Assembly: GCA_963514005.1 (NCBI GenBank)
Contig: OY740818.1
Location: 17,608,001-17,672,000, forward strand
Direction: 5' to 3'
DNA: 64,000 bases
DNA from: Raja brachyura
Taxonomy: Eukaryota
Made by a program: the position numbers and the translations under genes. Positions 63,693-64,000 of the stretch are shown here, in pieces; within the stretch, counting starts at the first letter, position 1; the number at the start of each line of letters is the position of its first letter. The notes under the pieces are model-generated. The model did not search any database and was not told where the DNA came from. It saw only the letters and a program-made list of their open reading frames with translations.

Positions 63693-63908
63693 TGATGTCA
63701 TTTGAAGATGGACACAAAATGCCGGAGTAACTCAGCGGGACCGGCAGCATCTCTGGAGAGAAGCAATGGGTGACGTTTCGGGTCAAGACCCTTCTTTCAG
63801 ACTGAAGAAGGGTCTCGACCCGAAACATCATCCATTCCTTCCCTCCAGAGATGCTGCCGGTCCCGCTGAGATACACCTGCATTTTGTGTCCATCTTCAAA
63901 TGACATCA
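63693..63908. repeat. Palindromic (fold-back) Penelope pLTR-derived repeat
   Basis: Two ~105-bp inverted arms centred on TTCAGACTGAA; similar palindromes at about 10850, 15605, 24570, 25500, 46280 and 59530. Confidence 0.8.
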
Positions 63909-64000
63909 CTCGCTCCAGACGGCTGTGCGGGCGCGTGATGATGCGCGCGACTCTCGCGGGACCGTCGCGCGACCGTCACTACCAGCCTGCCGTGTAAGTG

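Noticed and set aside
63909-64000. CpG-rich end of window as a promoter
   Set aside because: Truncated by the window edge. The terminal AAGTG resembles the approach to a Harbinger-type TIR (AAGTGGGACAG), so I cannot call it.
49900-64000. Coding exons of expected syntenic neighbours (CDH23 downstream, UNC5B upstream)
   Set aside because: No cadherin, signal-peptide or UNC5 sequence recognisable anywhere in the window

Overview
This is eukaryotic genomic DNA. The HE1-type V-SINEs and HER1-type CR1 LINEs point to a cartilaginous fish, possibly a skate or ray; that assignment is inference. I can support one protein-coding gene: SLC29A3 (ENT3, lysosomal equilibrative nucleoside transporter) on the + strand. 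It has five coding exons (37426-37680, 39258-39340, 39867-40093, 43341-43503, 46858-47530; 1401 nt, 466 aa), a probable non-coding first exon and CpG promoter near 28.5-28.65 kb, and a 3' UTR to about 49.2 kb. The rest is dense with transposons (CR1, Penelope, Rex/Babar, L1, Vingi, HERO, RTE derivatives, tRNA-SINEs, Harbinger, hAT and other TIR elements), plus two large tandem arrays and a 154-nt assembly gap. Most long ORFs in the track are repeat or TE artefacts. The most notable signal is a ~135-nt retroposon in two TSD-flanked copies (25018 and 58594). Each starts exactly at G1 of a 54-nt, P4-less HDV-like ribozyme fold and ends in the same 3' tail as a Vingi-like LINE fragment in this window. 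Also notable: Harbinger-type MITEs repeatedly inserted at one site in a Penelope-derived repeat, a duplicated splice acceptor+ATG of SLC29A3 at a LINE junction, a ~1-kb intron-derived duplication inside the promoter minisatellite, and an orphan promoter/first exon downstream. Family assignments are from recognition only; no database search was run.
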